Positions 9,202 through 19,024 of a DNA stretch of 32,000 bases are shown in pieces. The stretch is from Candidatus Electronema aureum. Lineage in GTDB: Bacteria > Desulfobacterota > Desulfobulbia > Desulfobulbales > Desulfobulbaceae. The position numbers were made by a program, and so were the translations under genes. The DNA lies in the NCBI GenBank assembly GCA_004284765.1, contig NQJD01000005.1:60001-92000 (forward strand). Reading direction: 5' to 3'. Within the stretch, counting starts at the first letter, position 1. Every line of letters starts with the position of its first letter. The notes under the pieces are model-generated. The model ran no database searches. It worked only from the letters and a program-made list of their open reading frames with translations, and was not told the DNA's origin.

Positions 9202-9633
9202 ATGATTTCCATCGACAGTACAGTCCTTATCCATATCATCAACATGATCGTGCTGATGATCGTCCTTAACCAAATTCTGTACAAGCCTATTCTGGCGATC
9301 ATGGACCGGCGGCAGGAAAACATGGATGCCATGACCGGCGATGTAGAACATTTTGAGCAACAGGCTCGCGACCATCAGGCTCTCTTGAATAAAAAAATGC
9401 ACGAAGCCAGCGTTAAGGCGAAAAAAGCCTTGGATGCGGCAAAAAGCGAGGCTGAGGCCGTAGGCGCAGAAAAAATGGCTGCAATCCGTCTGGAAGCCGA
9501 CAGCGAGAAAGAGCGGCAGCTTGCCGAAATCCGAGTCAGTTTTGATGTCGCCCGTAAGGAATTGCTGAATAATATCAACGGCGTTGCCCAAGACATGGCG
9601 GCTAAGATACTGGGAAGGAGTGTGCACGCATGA
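9202..9633 (+). CDS. F0F1 ATP synthase subunit b' (second b-type subunit)
   Basis: 143-aa ORF with an N-terminal TM helix (LIHIINMIVLMIVLNQILYKPI) followed by a long charged helix. It is the first gene of the atp operon and overlaps the next gene by 4 nt. Confidence 0.8.
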   Translation: MISIDSTVLIHIINMIVLMIVLNQILYKPILAIMDRRQENMDAMTGDVEHFEQQARDHQALLNKKMHEASVKAKKALDAAKSEAEAVGAEKMAAIRLEADSEKERQLAEIRVSFDVARKELLNNINGVAQDMAAKILGRSVHA

Positions 9634-10331
9634 AGGTGAAAAAAGTTCTGCCACTGCTGGCTGCGACTTGGCTCTGCGTCGGAGCTGCGGGAGCGGTTTT
9701 TGCTGAAGAGCATGGCGCAGCAGCAAGTCACGAGCAAGCGGCTGTCCAGGACGCTCATCAGATTGATCATGCGGCGGAGGCTTCTGTCGGACACGATGCC
9801 CATGCGGGCGGAGAAGAAGGCCACGGTGAAAGTCATGCCGCACCGATGATCACCGGCGAAAAATTGAAAGACCTGCTTTGGCGCACCCTGAACTTTGCCG
9901 CCTTGGTCTTTTTGTTGGTCAAATTTGCGGGTAAACCTATCGTCGAAGGATTAGGTAGCCGTCGCAAGGCAATTGAAGACGATCTGCAAGAACTCCAAGC
10001 TAAACGCAACGAGGCCGAGCGTTCCTACAAAGATTTTGAGGCGCGGCTAGCTGGCATGGAGCAAGAATTTGAGCTGATCGTCGGTCGGGCTGTGGCCTTG
10101 GCTCAAGACGAGCGCAGCCGCATTCTTGCCGAAGCTGAGAGTTCGGCGCGGGACATTCGGCGGCAGGCCGAGGCCGCAGTGGAAGCGGCAGCGGCAGCAG
10201 CTCGGAGCAGCCTTCAGGACGAAGTGGCGGAGCAGGCAGCGGCGATGGCCGAACATTTGATCCTGAAGAATCTGACCCCAGCGGATCAGGTCATGATTAT
10301 TGAACAGTATCTTGAAAGGGCGACGCAGTGA
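9630..10331 (+). CDS. atpF: F0F1 ATP synthase subunit b with His-rich N-terminal extension
   Basis: 233-aa ORF with a signal-like N-terminus and a His-rich stretch. A TM helix (LNFAALVFLLVKFAGKPI) and a long Ala/Glu/Arg-rich helix typical of subunit b follow. It is 4-nt coupled to atpH. Confidence 0.8.
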   Translation: MKVKKVLPLLAATWLCVGAAGAVFAEEHGAAASHEQAAVQDAHQIDHAAEASVGHDAHAGGEEGHGESHAAPMITGEKLKDLLWRTLNFAALVFLLVKFAGKPIVEGLGSRRKAIEDDLQELQAKRNEAERSYKDFEARLAGMEQEFELIVGRAVALAQDERSRILAEAESSARDIRRQAEAAVEAAAAAARSSLQDEVAEQAAAMAEHLILKNLTPADQVMIIEQYLERATQ

Positions 10332-10876
10332 AACAGATCATTTTAGCCAAAAGGTATGCCAGAGCCATCTTCGCTTTGGGCAAGGAACATGGGACGGTAG
10401 ATGTCTATGCGCAAGCACTTAAAGCTATTGCCGATCTCTTTGTCAATCCCGATCTGGGAGTCGCTGATGCGCTGACCAATCCCTTGTATCCTCTTGAGGT
10501 TCGGTTGAAGGTCATGGCTGGAATCGCGGAGTCTGCGGGCGCGGATTCTCTTCTGGGGGCCTTCCTTCATCTACTGGTGGAAAAAAAGCGGGTCTCTGTG
10601 CTGCCAGAAGTTGCCGACCAAGTGCGAGAGATGATGGAGCGCGAGGAAAACATCAGCCACGGCTGGGTTACGTCCGCTGTCAAATTAGACAAAGCACTGT
10701 TAGCGAAAATTCGGGCCACGTTAGAAAAAATTACGGGAAATAAGATACTTCTTGAAACGCAGGTCGATCCCTCAATTATCGGCGGCATGGTGGCCAGGGT
10801 CGGCGATCTGGTGCTGGACGGAAGCATCCGCACACAGCTTAATGGATTAAAAGAATCTATCAAGGGGAGAGAATAG
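10328..10876 (+). CDS. atpH: F0F1 ATP synthase subunit delta (OSCP)
   Basis: 182-aa ORF. The sequence [14 protein letters not shown] ... [26 protein letters not shown] is the typical delta/OSCP signature. Confidence 0.9.
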   Translation: MKQIILAKRYARAIFALGKEHGTVDVYAQALKAIADLFVNPDLGVADALTNPLYPLEVRLKVMAGIAESAGADSLLGAFLHLLVEKKRVSVLPEVADQVREMMEREENISHGWVTSAVKLDKALLAKIRATLEKITGNKILLETQVDPSIIGGMVARVGDLVLDGSIRTQLNGLKESIKGRE

Positions 10877-10881
10877 TCAAG

Positions 10882-12405
10882 ATGCAGATTAAAGCCTCAG
10901 AAATTAGCCGGATTATCAAGGATCAGATCGCTGGTTATAAAAGCGGTATCGACCTGAAGGAAACCGGAACAGTTATTTCAGTGGGCGACGGTATTGCCCG
11001 CGTGTACGGCGTAGAGAACTGCCAAGCCATGGAACTGCTTGAGTTCCCCGGTAAAATTATGGGGCTGGCTCTCAACCTTGAACAGGACAACGTCGGCGTG
11101 GCGGTTATGGGCGACGTGCGCAACATCAAAGAGGGCGACATTGTGCGCCGTACTGGCAGGATCGCTGAAGTGCCGGTGGGACCGGAGCTAGAAGGCCGGG
11201 TTGTGGACGGCATCGGCCAGCCTATCGACGGCAAAGGGCCGCTGAATGCCAAGCTGACCCGCAAAATGGAGGTCATCGCTCCCGGCGTTATCGCCCGTAA
11301 AAGCGTACATGAACCCTGCTATACCGGCTACAAGGCGGTTGATGCAATGACCCCGGTGGGACGCGGCCAGCGCGAGCTGGTTATCGGCGACCGACAGATC
11401 GGCAAGACCGCGCTCTGCGTTGATGCGATCATCGCCCAAAAAGGCACGGGTGTGCATTGCGTCTATGTCGCCACCGGCCAGAAAAAATCCACCGTGGCTC
11501 TGGTGGTCGAAGCCCTGCGCAAGCACGGGGCGATGGAATATACTACCGTAGTGGCTGCGTGCGCCTCTGATCCCGCGCCGATGCAGTATGTCTCGGCCAT
11601 GACCGGCTGCGCAATGGCTGAATATTTCCGCGACAACGGCCAGCACTCGCTGATCGTGTATGATGATTTGTCCAAGCAGGCTGTTGCCTACCGCGAGCTG
11701 TCCCTGCTTCTGCGCCGTCCGCCCGGACGCGAGGCCTATCCCGGCGACATCTTCTTCAACCATTCCCGTCTGCTGGAGCGGGCAGCCAAACTGAGCGATG
11801 CGCTCGGCGCAGGCTCAATGACCGCTTTGCCGATCATTGAAACCCAGGCGGGCGACGTGTCCGCCTTCATTCCGACCAACGTTATTTCGATCACCGACGG
11901 TCAGGTCTTCCTGGAGCCGAGCCTATTTTTTGCTGGTGTTCGTCCGGCAATCAACGTTGGTATTTCAGTTTCCCGCGTCGGCGGCGCGGCCCAAGTGAAG
12001 GCGATGAAGCAGGTCGCAGGCACCTTGCGGCTTGATCTTGCTCAGTACCGCGAACTGGCGGCCTTTGCTGGTTTCGGTTCTGATCTCGACGCAGCCACGC
12101 AAGCCAAACTGACCCGTGGCGAGCGGCTGGTGGAAATCCTCAAGCAGCCCCAATATCAACCGCTGCCGATGGAGAAGCAGGTCACGATCATCTTTGCAGG
12201 CACCAAGGGGTTCTTGGACGAGCTACCGGTTAATCTGCTGGCCAACTACGAGCAGGAGCTGTATGGCTACATTGAGATGAACGAGCCTGCGATTTTTGCT
12301 GAACTGCGGGAAAAACAGGCGATTTCTCCTGAGCTGGAGCAGAAGATCAGAGCCACGCTGAAGACTTTTGGCAGCACCTTCAAAACGGCTAACGGTCTGA
12401 ACTGA
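10882..12405 (+). CDS. atpA: F0F1 ATP synthase subunit alpha
   Basis: 507-aa ORF with Walker A GDRQIGKT and conserved [28 protein letters not shown]. Confidence 0.97.
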   Translation: MQIKASEISRIIKDQIAGYKSGIDLKETGTVISVGDGIARVYGVENCQAMELLEFPGKIMGLALNLEQDNVGVAVMGDVRNIKEGDIVRRTGRIAEVPVGPELEGRVVDGIGQPIDGKGPLNAKLTRKMEVIAPGVIARKSVHEPCYTGYKAVDAMTPVGRGQRELVIGDRQIGKTALCVDAIIAQKGTGVHCVYVATGQKKSTVALVVEALRKHGAMEYTTVVAACASDPAPMQYVSAMTGCAMAEYFRDNGQHSLIVYDDLSKQAVAYRELSLLLRRPPGREAYPGDIFFNHSRLLERAAKLSDALGAGSMTALPIIETQAGDVSAFIPTNVISITDGQVFLEPSLFFAGVRPAINVGISVSRVGGAAQVKAMKQVAGTLRLDLAQYRELAAFAGFGSDLDAATQAKLTRGERLVEILKQPQYQPLPMEKQVTIIFAGTKGFLDELPVNLLANYEQELYGYIEMNEPAIFAELREKQAISPELEQKIRATLKTFGSTFKTANGLN

Positions 12406-12434
12406 GGCTGGATTAAACCAGGATACGGATCACC

Positions 12435-13298
12435 ATGCCAGGATTAAAGGAAGTCAAGAACAAGATCGAAGGCGTTTCCAAAACTTCGCAGATCACCAAG
12501 GCGATGAACATGGTTGCCTCGGCCAAGCTGCGCGGTGCTCAGATGCGGATGGAGGCGTTTCGGCCTTATGCAGGCAAGTTCGCCGAAGCCATGCAGAAAC
12601 TCTCCAGCGGCGCAGGCAGCGGCCAACCGCTGATGGTTGCCCGCGAGGTGAAGAACATCGAGCTGGTGGTCATCACCTCTGACCGAGGGCTGTGCGGCAG
12701 CTTCAATACCAACGTCATCAACAAGGCCCAAAAGTTGATCGCTCAGTACGAGAGCGAGGGCAAAAAGGTCACGCTGGTGACGGTCGGCAACAAGGCAACG
12801 CGGGCTTTCAAGCGGTCGGGTAAAGTCCGGCGGTCGGTCATGGACATCATGGGCACCTTCCAGATGTTCAATGCCCGTGGAATCGCTGAAGATGCGGCCC
12901 AGCAGTTTCTCAGCAAGACGGTTGACCAAGTGGAGCTGATTTATGCCCGCTTCAAGTCGCTGGCCGCGCAGGTGCCAACACAGGAAACTTTGCTGCCGAT
13001 CAGACCGGTCGAGAAAGATAAGGCTGCGGAGGATTCGGTTGAGTATATATTTGAACCGACTCCTGCCGAGATCATGGAGACCCTGCTGCCCCTGTACTTA
13101 GACGTGCAGGTTTTTCACGCCATGCTGGAGGTTGGCGCAGGTGAGCAGGCCGCCCGAATGACGGCGATGGACAACGCAACCACGGCCTGCGGCGACATGA
13201 TCAAGGAACTAAAGCAGCTGTACAACAAGGCCCGCCAGGCAGCCATCACCGGCGACCTGATGGATATCGTCGGCGGTGCCGAGGCACTGAAAGGCTGA
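12435..13298 (+). CDS. atpG: F0F1 ATP synthase subunit gamma
   Basis: 287-aa ORF with IKNKIEGVSKTSQITKAMNMVASAKLR at the N-terminus and ITGDLMDIVGGAEAL at the C-terminus. Confidence 0.95.
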   Translation: MPGLKEVKNKIEGVSKTSQITKAMNMVASAKLRGAQMRMEAFRPYAGKFAEAMQKLSSGAGSGQPLMVAREVKNIELVVITSDRGLCGSFNTNVINKAQKLIAQYESEGKKVTLVTVGNKATRAFKRSGKVRRSVMDIMGTFQMFNARGIAEDAAQQFLSKTVDQVELIYARFKSLAAQVPTQETLLPIRPVEKDKAAEDSVEYIFEPTPAEIMETLLPLYLDVQVFHAMLEVGAGEQAARMTAMDNATTACGDMIKELKQLYNKARQAAITGDLMDIVGGAEALKG

Positions 13299-13349
13299 CA
13301 GAACAGAAAACTTACGCAGAGACTGCTGAAGATATTGGGAGGCTGGTAG

Positions 13350-14804
<1,455 letters not shown>

Positions 14805-14840
14805 CCCTGCGCGGAAAATCTCAGGCAGAGGTAACGAATA

Positions 14841-15260
14841 ATGGCACAGATTCATCTGGAAGTGGTGACACCCGCCGGGTCAGTGGTTAGCGAGGATGTG
14901 GATATCGTCACCGCGCCCGGCACCAACGGCGAATTTGGTGTACTGGCAAATCACGCGCCTTTTCTGACCACGATTAAAACCGGTGTTCTGCACTACAAAA
15001 AGGACAAGGACGTTAAATATCTGATGGTCAGTGGTGGTTTTGCTGAGGTCTCAGGCAACGCCATCACTTTTCTTGTAGAAAATGCTGAGTACGGCCAAGA
15101 AATTGACGTACCCCGCGCCCTGCTGGCCAAAGAACGGGCTGTGAAACAGCTGGCGCAGGAACAGGCTCATGCGGAGAATATCAACCGCATTTTGGTAACC
15201 TCAGCCCTTCAGCGGGCGATGGCCAGACTCGCTGCGGCAGAACGTACTAAACTACAATAG
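14841..15260 (+). CDS. atpC: F0F1 ATP synthase subunit epsilon
   Basis: 139-aa ORF. LEVVTPAGSVVSEDVDIVTAPGTNGEFGVLANHAPFLT is the typical epsilon N-terminal beta-sandwich. It is the last gene of the operon. Confidence 0.92.
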   Translation: MAQIHLEVVTPAGSVVSEDVDIVTAPGTNGEFGVLANHAPFLTTIKTGVLHYKKDKDVKYLMVSGGFAEVSGNAITFLVENAEYGQEIDVPRALLAKERAVKQLAQEQAHAENINRILVTSALQRAMARLAAAERTKLQ

Positions 15261-15291
15261 CAGTCAATACGCCGGAATAGCTGTGAGCAGC

Positions 15292-15325
15292 AAGGGCCGC
15301 CCATTCGTTGGGGCGGCCCTTTTTT
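15292..15325 (+). terminator. Rho-independent terminator of the atp operon
   Basis: An 11-bp perfect stem, AAGGGCCGCCC (15292-15302) / GGGCGGCCCTT (15311-15321), with an 8-nt loop, running into a T-tract (15320-15325). It lies 32 nt after the atpC stop. Confidence 0.85.
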
Positions 15326-15370
15326 GTGCAACGGAGATAGATCACCTGCATAACTTCGATAGTTATTTAT

Positions 15371-15487
15371 CTATCCTTTGATCACCGCCAGCGGCAGCAG
15401 GCTCACTTCAGCCGCCACCAAATCGCTCTGATTTGCCATCACTGTCTCAATATTTTTGTACGGGCCGAGAGCTTCGTCAAGGTCTTT
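15371..15487 (-). pseudogene. rtcB: Displaced 3'-terminal remnant of rtcB (last ~38 codons plus stop)
   Basis: By manual alignment, 117 nt match the real rtcB 3' end (16987-17103) at about 100 of 117 positions without gaps. The minus-strand translation is KDLDEALGPYKNIETVMANQSDLVAAEVSLLPLAVIKG*. The intact gene reads KDLDEAPGSYKDIETVMENQSDLVDIAVSLLPLAVIKG*. There is no upstream coding continuation. Confidence 0.8.
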
Positions 15488-15512
15488 TTTGCAGCAAGCG
15501 GCAGAGCGGTCT

Positions 15513-16157
15513 TCAAAGGTCGAGCATTTTCAGCAAGTCCGGGGCATCTTCGCAGGCCAGTTCCGCCAAGGCATAGAATTCGGACATGGCGCTGTCCAAG
15601 GCATCTGTCTTCTCATCCCGATCCTTTGTTGCCTGCTGGGCTTCGCCGGTTTCTTTAGCTTGAATGATGTTGGCCTGTTCCGCTGCAACGACCAAGGCCT
15701 TTGCTGCGTTGACGGCATCCGGCGGGGTGTTGTACTGGCTGTATTTTGCCAAGGCATTCTGATCACTCAGGAGATTGCTGAAAAAGGTGTTGGCTTGGGC
15801 CAGCCAGCCGGAAAAGGTCCGCTTGCGCTCCTCGTTCAGGGTCAGCTTGATAAAGATGGCGTGGTTATCCCGGAACAGAATCCGCCCCAGCCGGATCAGG
15901 CGCATATAGGTGTCATGGGCGGTCTTCCAAGCCTGCTCAAAGGCGGCGGTGGCGGCGTGCTGCTCGCTGTACTCGGTTTTCTGGGCAAGATAGAGGTCGA
16001 AGGCCTGCTGCCGCTGCGCCAGCATCTGATTGAGTTTGTCCGGGGTGTAGCCGTACAGAGCGACCCGGCTTTGCAGCTCCGGGACATCGCGGGCATTGGT
16101 GAGGCCGGTCAGGTAGCGATTCAGGCGGTCTTCGATGGAATGATACGGGGCTGGCAT
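15513..16157 (-). CDS. Hypothetical all-helical protein (214 aa), cassette gene 2
   Basis: The ORF has a strong RBS (AGGAGG, 6 nt before the ATG). Its composition looks protein-like and helical, unlike the overlapping plus-strand ORF. I recognise no motif. Confidence 0.6.
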   Translation of the reverse strand: MPAPYHSIEDRLNRYLTGLTNARDVPELQSRVALYGYTPDKLNQMLAQRQQAFDLYLAQKTEYSEQHAATAAFEQAWKTAHDTYMRLIRLGRILFRDNHAIFIKLTLNEERKRTFSGWLAQANTFFSNLLSDQNALAKYSQYNTPPDAVNAAKALVVAAEQANIIQAKETGEAQQATKDRDEKTDALDSAMSEFYALAELACEDAPDLLKMLDL

Positions 16158-16437
16158 AGTGTCCTCCTGAATTGGGTTGAGGGAAGAATTTCCCGGATGA
16201 TGAGCGGGTGCAGCAGGAGAAAATGGCGTTGCAGTGCTGCGGAGCCGTTTTCTCCCGCTGCGAAATGACTTTTTCCTGTTGCAGGATGAGTTCTGCCTGC
16301 TGTAGAGCCTTTTTCTCTTGCTTTAGTGCGATTTCTGCCGCTTCGGGAAGGGTTTTTCTCAATGCAGTGAGAGAGTCTCCTCTTGCAGAGGGAGTTTTTC
16401 TCGGTGCGGTACGTTATTCGTTGAGCGATGACAACAT

Positions 16438-16875
16438 TCACTGGAAAAGGAGAAATTTCTTGAAATGTATAAACCAGCTTTCCGGTTGCGGTTTAATACT
16501 AGCTATCACTTTAAAAGAATCTTTATGAGAAGCCTCGAATTTTCCTAATTCTTCCCATTTATTAACTTTTTCATAATCAAATGGATCCGATAAGTAAATG
16601 TGACGAATTGTGTCTAAAAACACATCCTGACTAAACGCTGAACTTTTTGCAAGAATTTCAAGAACAGCGGGGTCTATATTATCATTGTGTTTTTCTTTAT
16701 ATAGTTTATATGCATTTTGGACGGCACCAGTAGCATTATTTGCCCTAGCATGTAGATCCCATGTTTGTGAATGCACAAGTTTTTTCAGCTGACTATTTTT
16801 TATCCCCTGATAAATTCCATACACAAAACTTAATGTTGTAATAACTAAACCAGTTATAGTCCAAATATCAGGCAT
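16438..16875 (-). CDS. Hypothetical protein with N-terminal TM helix (145 aa), cassette gene 1
   Basis: The ORF has an RBS (TAGGAGT). The N-terminal sequence IWTITGLVITTLSFVYGIY is a TM helix. By eye it is markedly more AT-rich than its neighbours, suggesting foreign origin. I recognise no motif. Confidence 0.55.
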   Translation of the reverse strand: MPDIWTITGLVITTLSFVYGIYQGIKNSQLKKLVHSQTWDLHARANNATGAVQNAYKLYKEKHNDNIDPAVLEILAKSSAFSQDVFLDTIRHIYLSDPFDYEKVNKWEELGKFEASHKDSFKVIASIKPQPESWFIHFKKFLLFQ

Positions 16876-16986
16876 GTTTTACTCCTATTGAAAAAGTATC
16901 AATGTGTTCTACCGACTACCCCCAAAAGCTCCTGCACCTTCTCCCCGGCCACAAGATGTAAAACAATTGCGGAAAAATCGCAAGAC

Positions 16987-17947
16987 CTATCCCTTGATCA
17001 CCGCCAGCGGCAGCAGGCTGACCGCGATGTCCACCAGATCGCTCTGATTTTCCATCACCGTCTCAATATCTTTGTACGAACCAGGAGCTTCGTCAAGGTC
17101 TTTCTGATTGCGGATGCCGTGCACCACGCCGAGCGCGTCCAGCCGCTCCACTTCGGCCTGCAAATTCAGCTCGCGCTGGGCTTGGCCGCGCCCCATCTTC
17201 CGTCCTGCGCCGTGACTGCACGAGCAGTAACTTTCCCTGTTCCCTTTGCCGATGACGATGAAGCTGCGGCTGCCCTGCGAGCCGGGAATGATGCCAAATT
17301 CCCCGGCAAAGGCGCGGGTGGCCCCTTTGCGGTGAATCAGCACTTCTTTGCCGAAATGCTCCTCCATTGCTGCGTAGTTGTGGGCGATGTTGATGAACTG
17401 CGGAAACTCAACCGCGCCAACAACCTCCTGCACCGCTGCCTTGACCCGCTCCATCATCAGCTTGCGGCTGGCAAGGGCGAAATCCACGCACCAGCTCATT
17501 TCCGCCAGATACTCCTGCGCCTCTTGCGTCTCCAGCGGCAGAAAGGCAAGCTCCCATTTCTTCGGCACCTCGCTCCGCCACCGCTCGTTCAGACTGACAG
17601 CCAAGCGGTTGTAGTGCTCCGCCACCTTCAGGCCGATGTTGCGGCTGCCGGAGTGAATCATCAGCCAGACATGGCCGTCGTCGCCCTGCTGCATTTCGAT
17701 GAAATGATTGCCCCCGCCCAAGGTGCCGATCTGCTTGCAGCCCGCCTCGAACTGCTCGCGGACAATGGATTTTTCCACGCCGTCCAGCCGGGCCGGATCG
17801 GGCATCAGGCTTCTGTCCTGCTGCCGCTTGTGGTGGTCAAAGCCGACTGGCACCGCTGCCCGGATCAGGCCGAGAATCTTTTTCAAGGTTTCGCGGTCAA
17901 GGCCGGGCAGAGAAGTCTGCACGGCGCATACGCCGCAGCCAATGTCG
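16987..17947 (-). CDS. rtcB: RNA 3'-phosphate/5'-OH ligase RtcB, exon 2
   Basis: The reading frame extends upstream of the ORF-track start to (G)DIGCGVCAVQTSLPG. It contains RtcB hallmarks GGGNHFIE, IHSGSRNIG, AHNYA and SCSHGAGR. Exon 1 (212 nt) plus exon 2 (961 nt) gives 1173 nt, or 390 codons plus a stop. Confidence 0.9.
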
Positions 17948-18689
17948 CCTTAGTCCGCATGTTTTCATGCGGCGTGGACTATACCTTCATCCCGGTCTCA
18001 GGAATTAACAGTTCCTCGCGGGAGTCCGCCGTGTTAACAGCATCCCAGTCCCAATGCACCAGCCGATGGCAGTTGGCGCACAACAAGTCACATTTGGCAG
18101 CCTCTTCACGTATAGCAGGCAGGCTGTATCTGTTGACAGAGTTGTTGTTGAGATTAAACAGTTTTTCCGAAGCGTCACGATGGTGAAAGTCAAATATTGC
18201 TGTGCACTCTCCATCGAAATCAAGTCCGCACAATAAGCATTTTCCGCCAGCCTCGATGATAAGCTGTGCTTTGATGCTGTGAGTGCGGATTTTTTTGTAT
18301 TTTTGACGCTTCGGCCTGTTCCGGTGATTCCATTCACGTTTATACTGGCGCGGATCATCATATTTTCGATTGTTATGACCACTGACATACTGCTTGTCAC
18401 GGCCATAACGATCCTTTGATTTAATGACAGTGCCGCAGCCGCAAGCACATGGAACCTCTGGGGCTTCGTTGTAGATGCGGTCGAAATATCGCTGTTTTAT
18501 CTGTTGTGCTGTCAGTTTCATTTCAACGCATCTGCAACATTTTTGCTGTTCTGCGGCCCTGTCTGTTGCAAGGCCGCAAGTCTCTGAACCATTTGACTGC
18601 GTCGCCGCAGCCTCTGGCTGCTGATTGCCATGTCCTTTCGGATTTAGGGTTCCAGCAATTGAGCGGATTTAACGGGGGCCGATCAATTA
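17948..18689 (-). mobile_element. Group I intron (742 nt) carrying an HNH homing endonuclease ORF, inserted in rtcB
   Basis: All sequences are read on the minus strand.
- P1: exon GGGGGU pairs with intron GCCCCC (intron nt 11-16), giving a U.G pair at the cleavage site.
- P10: exon 2 CGA pairs with UCG immediately 5' of the guide.
- The last intron nucleotide is G.
- Core elements resemble the classical P/Q/R/S set: TCAATTGCTGG (18652-18662), AATCAGCAGCC (18616-18626), GGTTCAGAGACT (18579-18590) and AAGGTATAGTCC (17976-17987).
- GNRA-capped hairpins are UCC-GAAA-GGA and GGCUGCG-GCGA-CGCAGUC.
- The 3' hairpin is CCGCATG-AAAA-CATGCGG. Confidence 0.85.
17979..18521 (-). CDS. HNH homing endonuclease (intron-encoded)
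   Basis: 180-aa ORF with an N-terminal Cys cluster (CACGCG...GH). The HNH motif is CLLCG...FDFHHRD...N...CANCHRLVH. It lies wholly inside the rtcB intervening sequence, and its stop codon overlaps the S-like element. Confidence 0.85.
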   Translation of the reverse strand: MKLTAQQIKQRYFDRIYNEAPEVPCACGCGTVIKSKDRYGRDKQYVSGHNNRKYDDPRQYKREWNHRNRPKRQKYKKIRTHSIKAQLIIEAGGKCLLCGLDFDGECTAIFDFHHRDASEKLFNLNNNSVNRYSLPAIREEAAKCDLLCANCHRLVHWDWDAVNTADSREELLIPETGMKV

Positions 18690-18901
18690 ACCCCCACAGC
18701 GTTTGGAATCACCGCGCCGTCGCAGGCCAGCACGCCGCCAATGGGCATTCCGTAGCCTTCGTGGGCATCGGGCATGAGCGCCACGTGGCGGAAGGTGAAG
18801 GGGTGATTGGCCAGATTGCGGGCCTGCGCCAATGCGCCCGCCTCCATGTCGTCAAGCCAGAGCTTAATCGGCCTTTTTTCCGAGTCTATGACCTTTTTCA
18901 T
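18690..18901 (-). CDS. rtcB: RNA ligase RtcB, exon 1
   Basis: MKKVIDSEKRPIKLWLDDMEAGALAQARNLANHPFTFRHVALMPDAHEGYGMPIGGVLACDGAVIPNAVGV matches the RtcB N-terminus layout (MPDxH...G.PIGGV...IPxAVGV). In the genomic sequence the frame hits a stop 2 codons later. Confidence 0.9.
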
Positions 18902-19024
18902 GCTATTCAGTTTAATTGAGGAGCATTTTCGTTTTTTGTAGCCCCTGTAGCTCAGGCAACACTGCGCCTTGTTGATCGCTAAAATACCTATCTGTCGCCG
19001 CAGAATCGTTTTGATGCACAGGAA

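Noticed and set aside
9196-9843. 215-aa and 153-aa minus-strand ORFs over the start of the atp operon
   Set aside because: They are antisense to atpF'/atpF, which have clear subunit-b architecture and translational coupling. They are shadow ORFs.
15456-16268. 270-aa plus-strand ORF
   Set aside because: It is antisense to the 214-aa minus-strand gene. Its Gly/Leu/Gln/Val-rich composition is low in information and it has no RBS. The minus-strand ORF has AGGAGG and protein-like composition.
16888-18186. 432-aa plus-strand ORF
   Set aside because: It is antisense to rtcB exon 2 and the HNH gene. Its Ala/Arg/Leu/His-rich composition has no motifs, while the opposite strand carries unmistakable RtcB motifs. 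It is a shadow ORF.
17948-18689. Intein interrupting RtcB (inteins are known in archaeal RtcB)
   Set aside because: The insert is 742 nt, not a multiple of 3. The exon 1 frame hits a stop two codons into the insert. The HNH ORF is in its own frame with its own start. RNA-level group I features (U.G in P1, terminal G, P/Q/R/S-like elements) explain it better.
17948-18689. Group II intron or IS element as the rtcB interruption
   Set aside because: There is no reverse transcriptase or transposase, no GUGYG 5' end and no AY 3' end. The insert is far too short for an ORF-bearing group II intron. I saw no terminal inverted repeats or target-site duplication.
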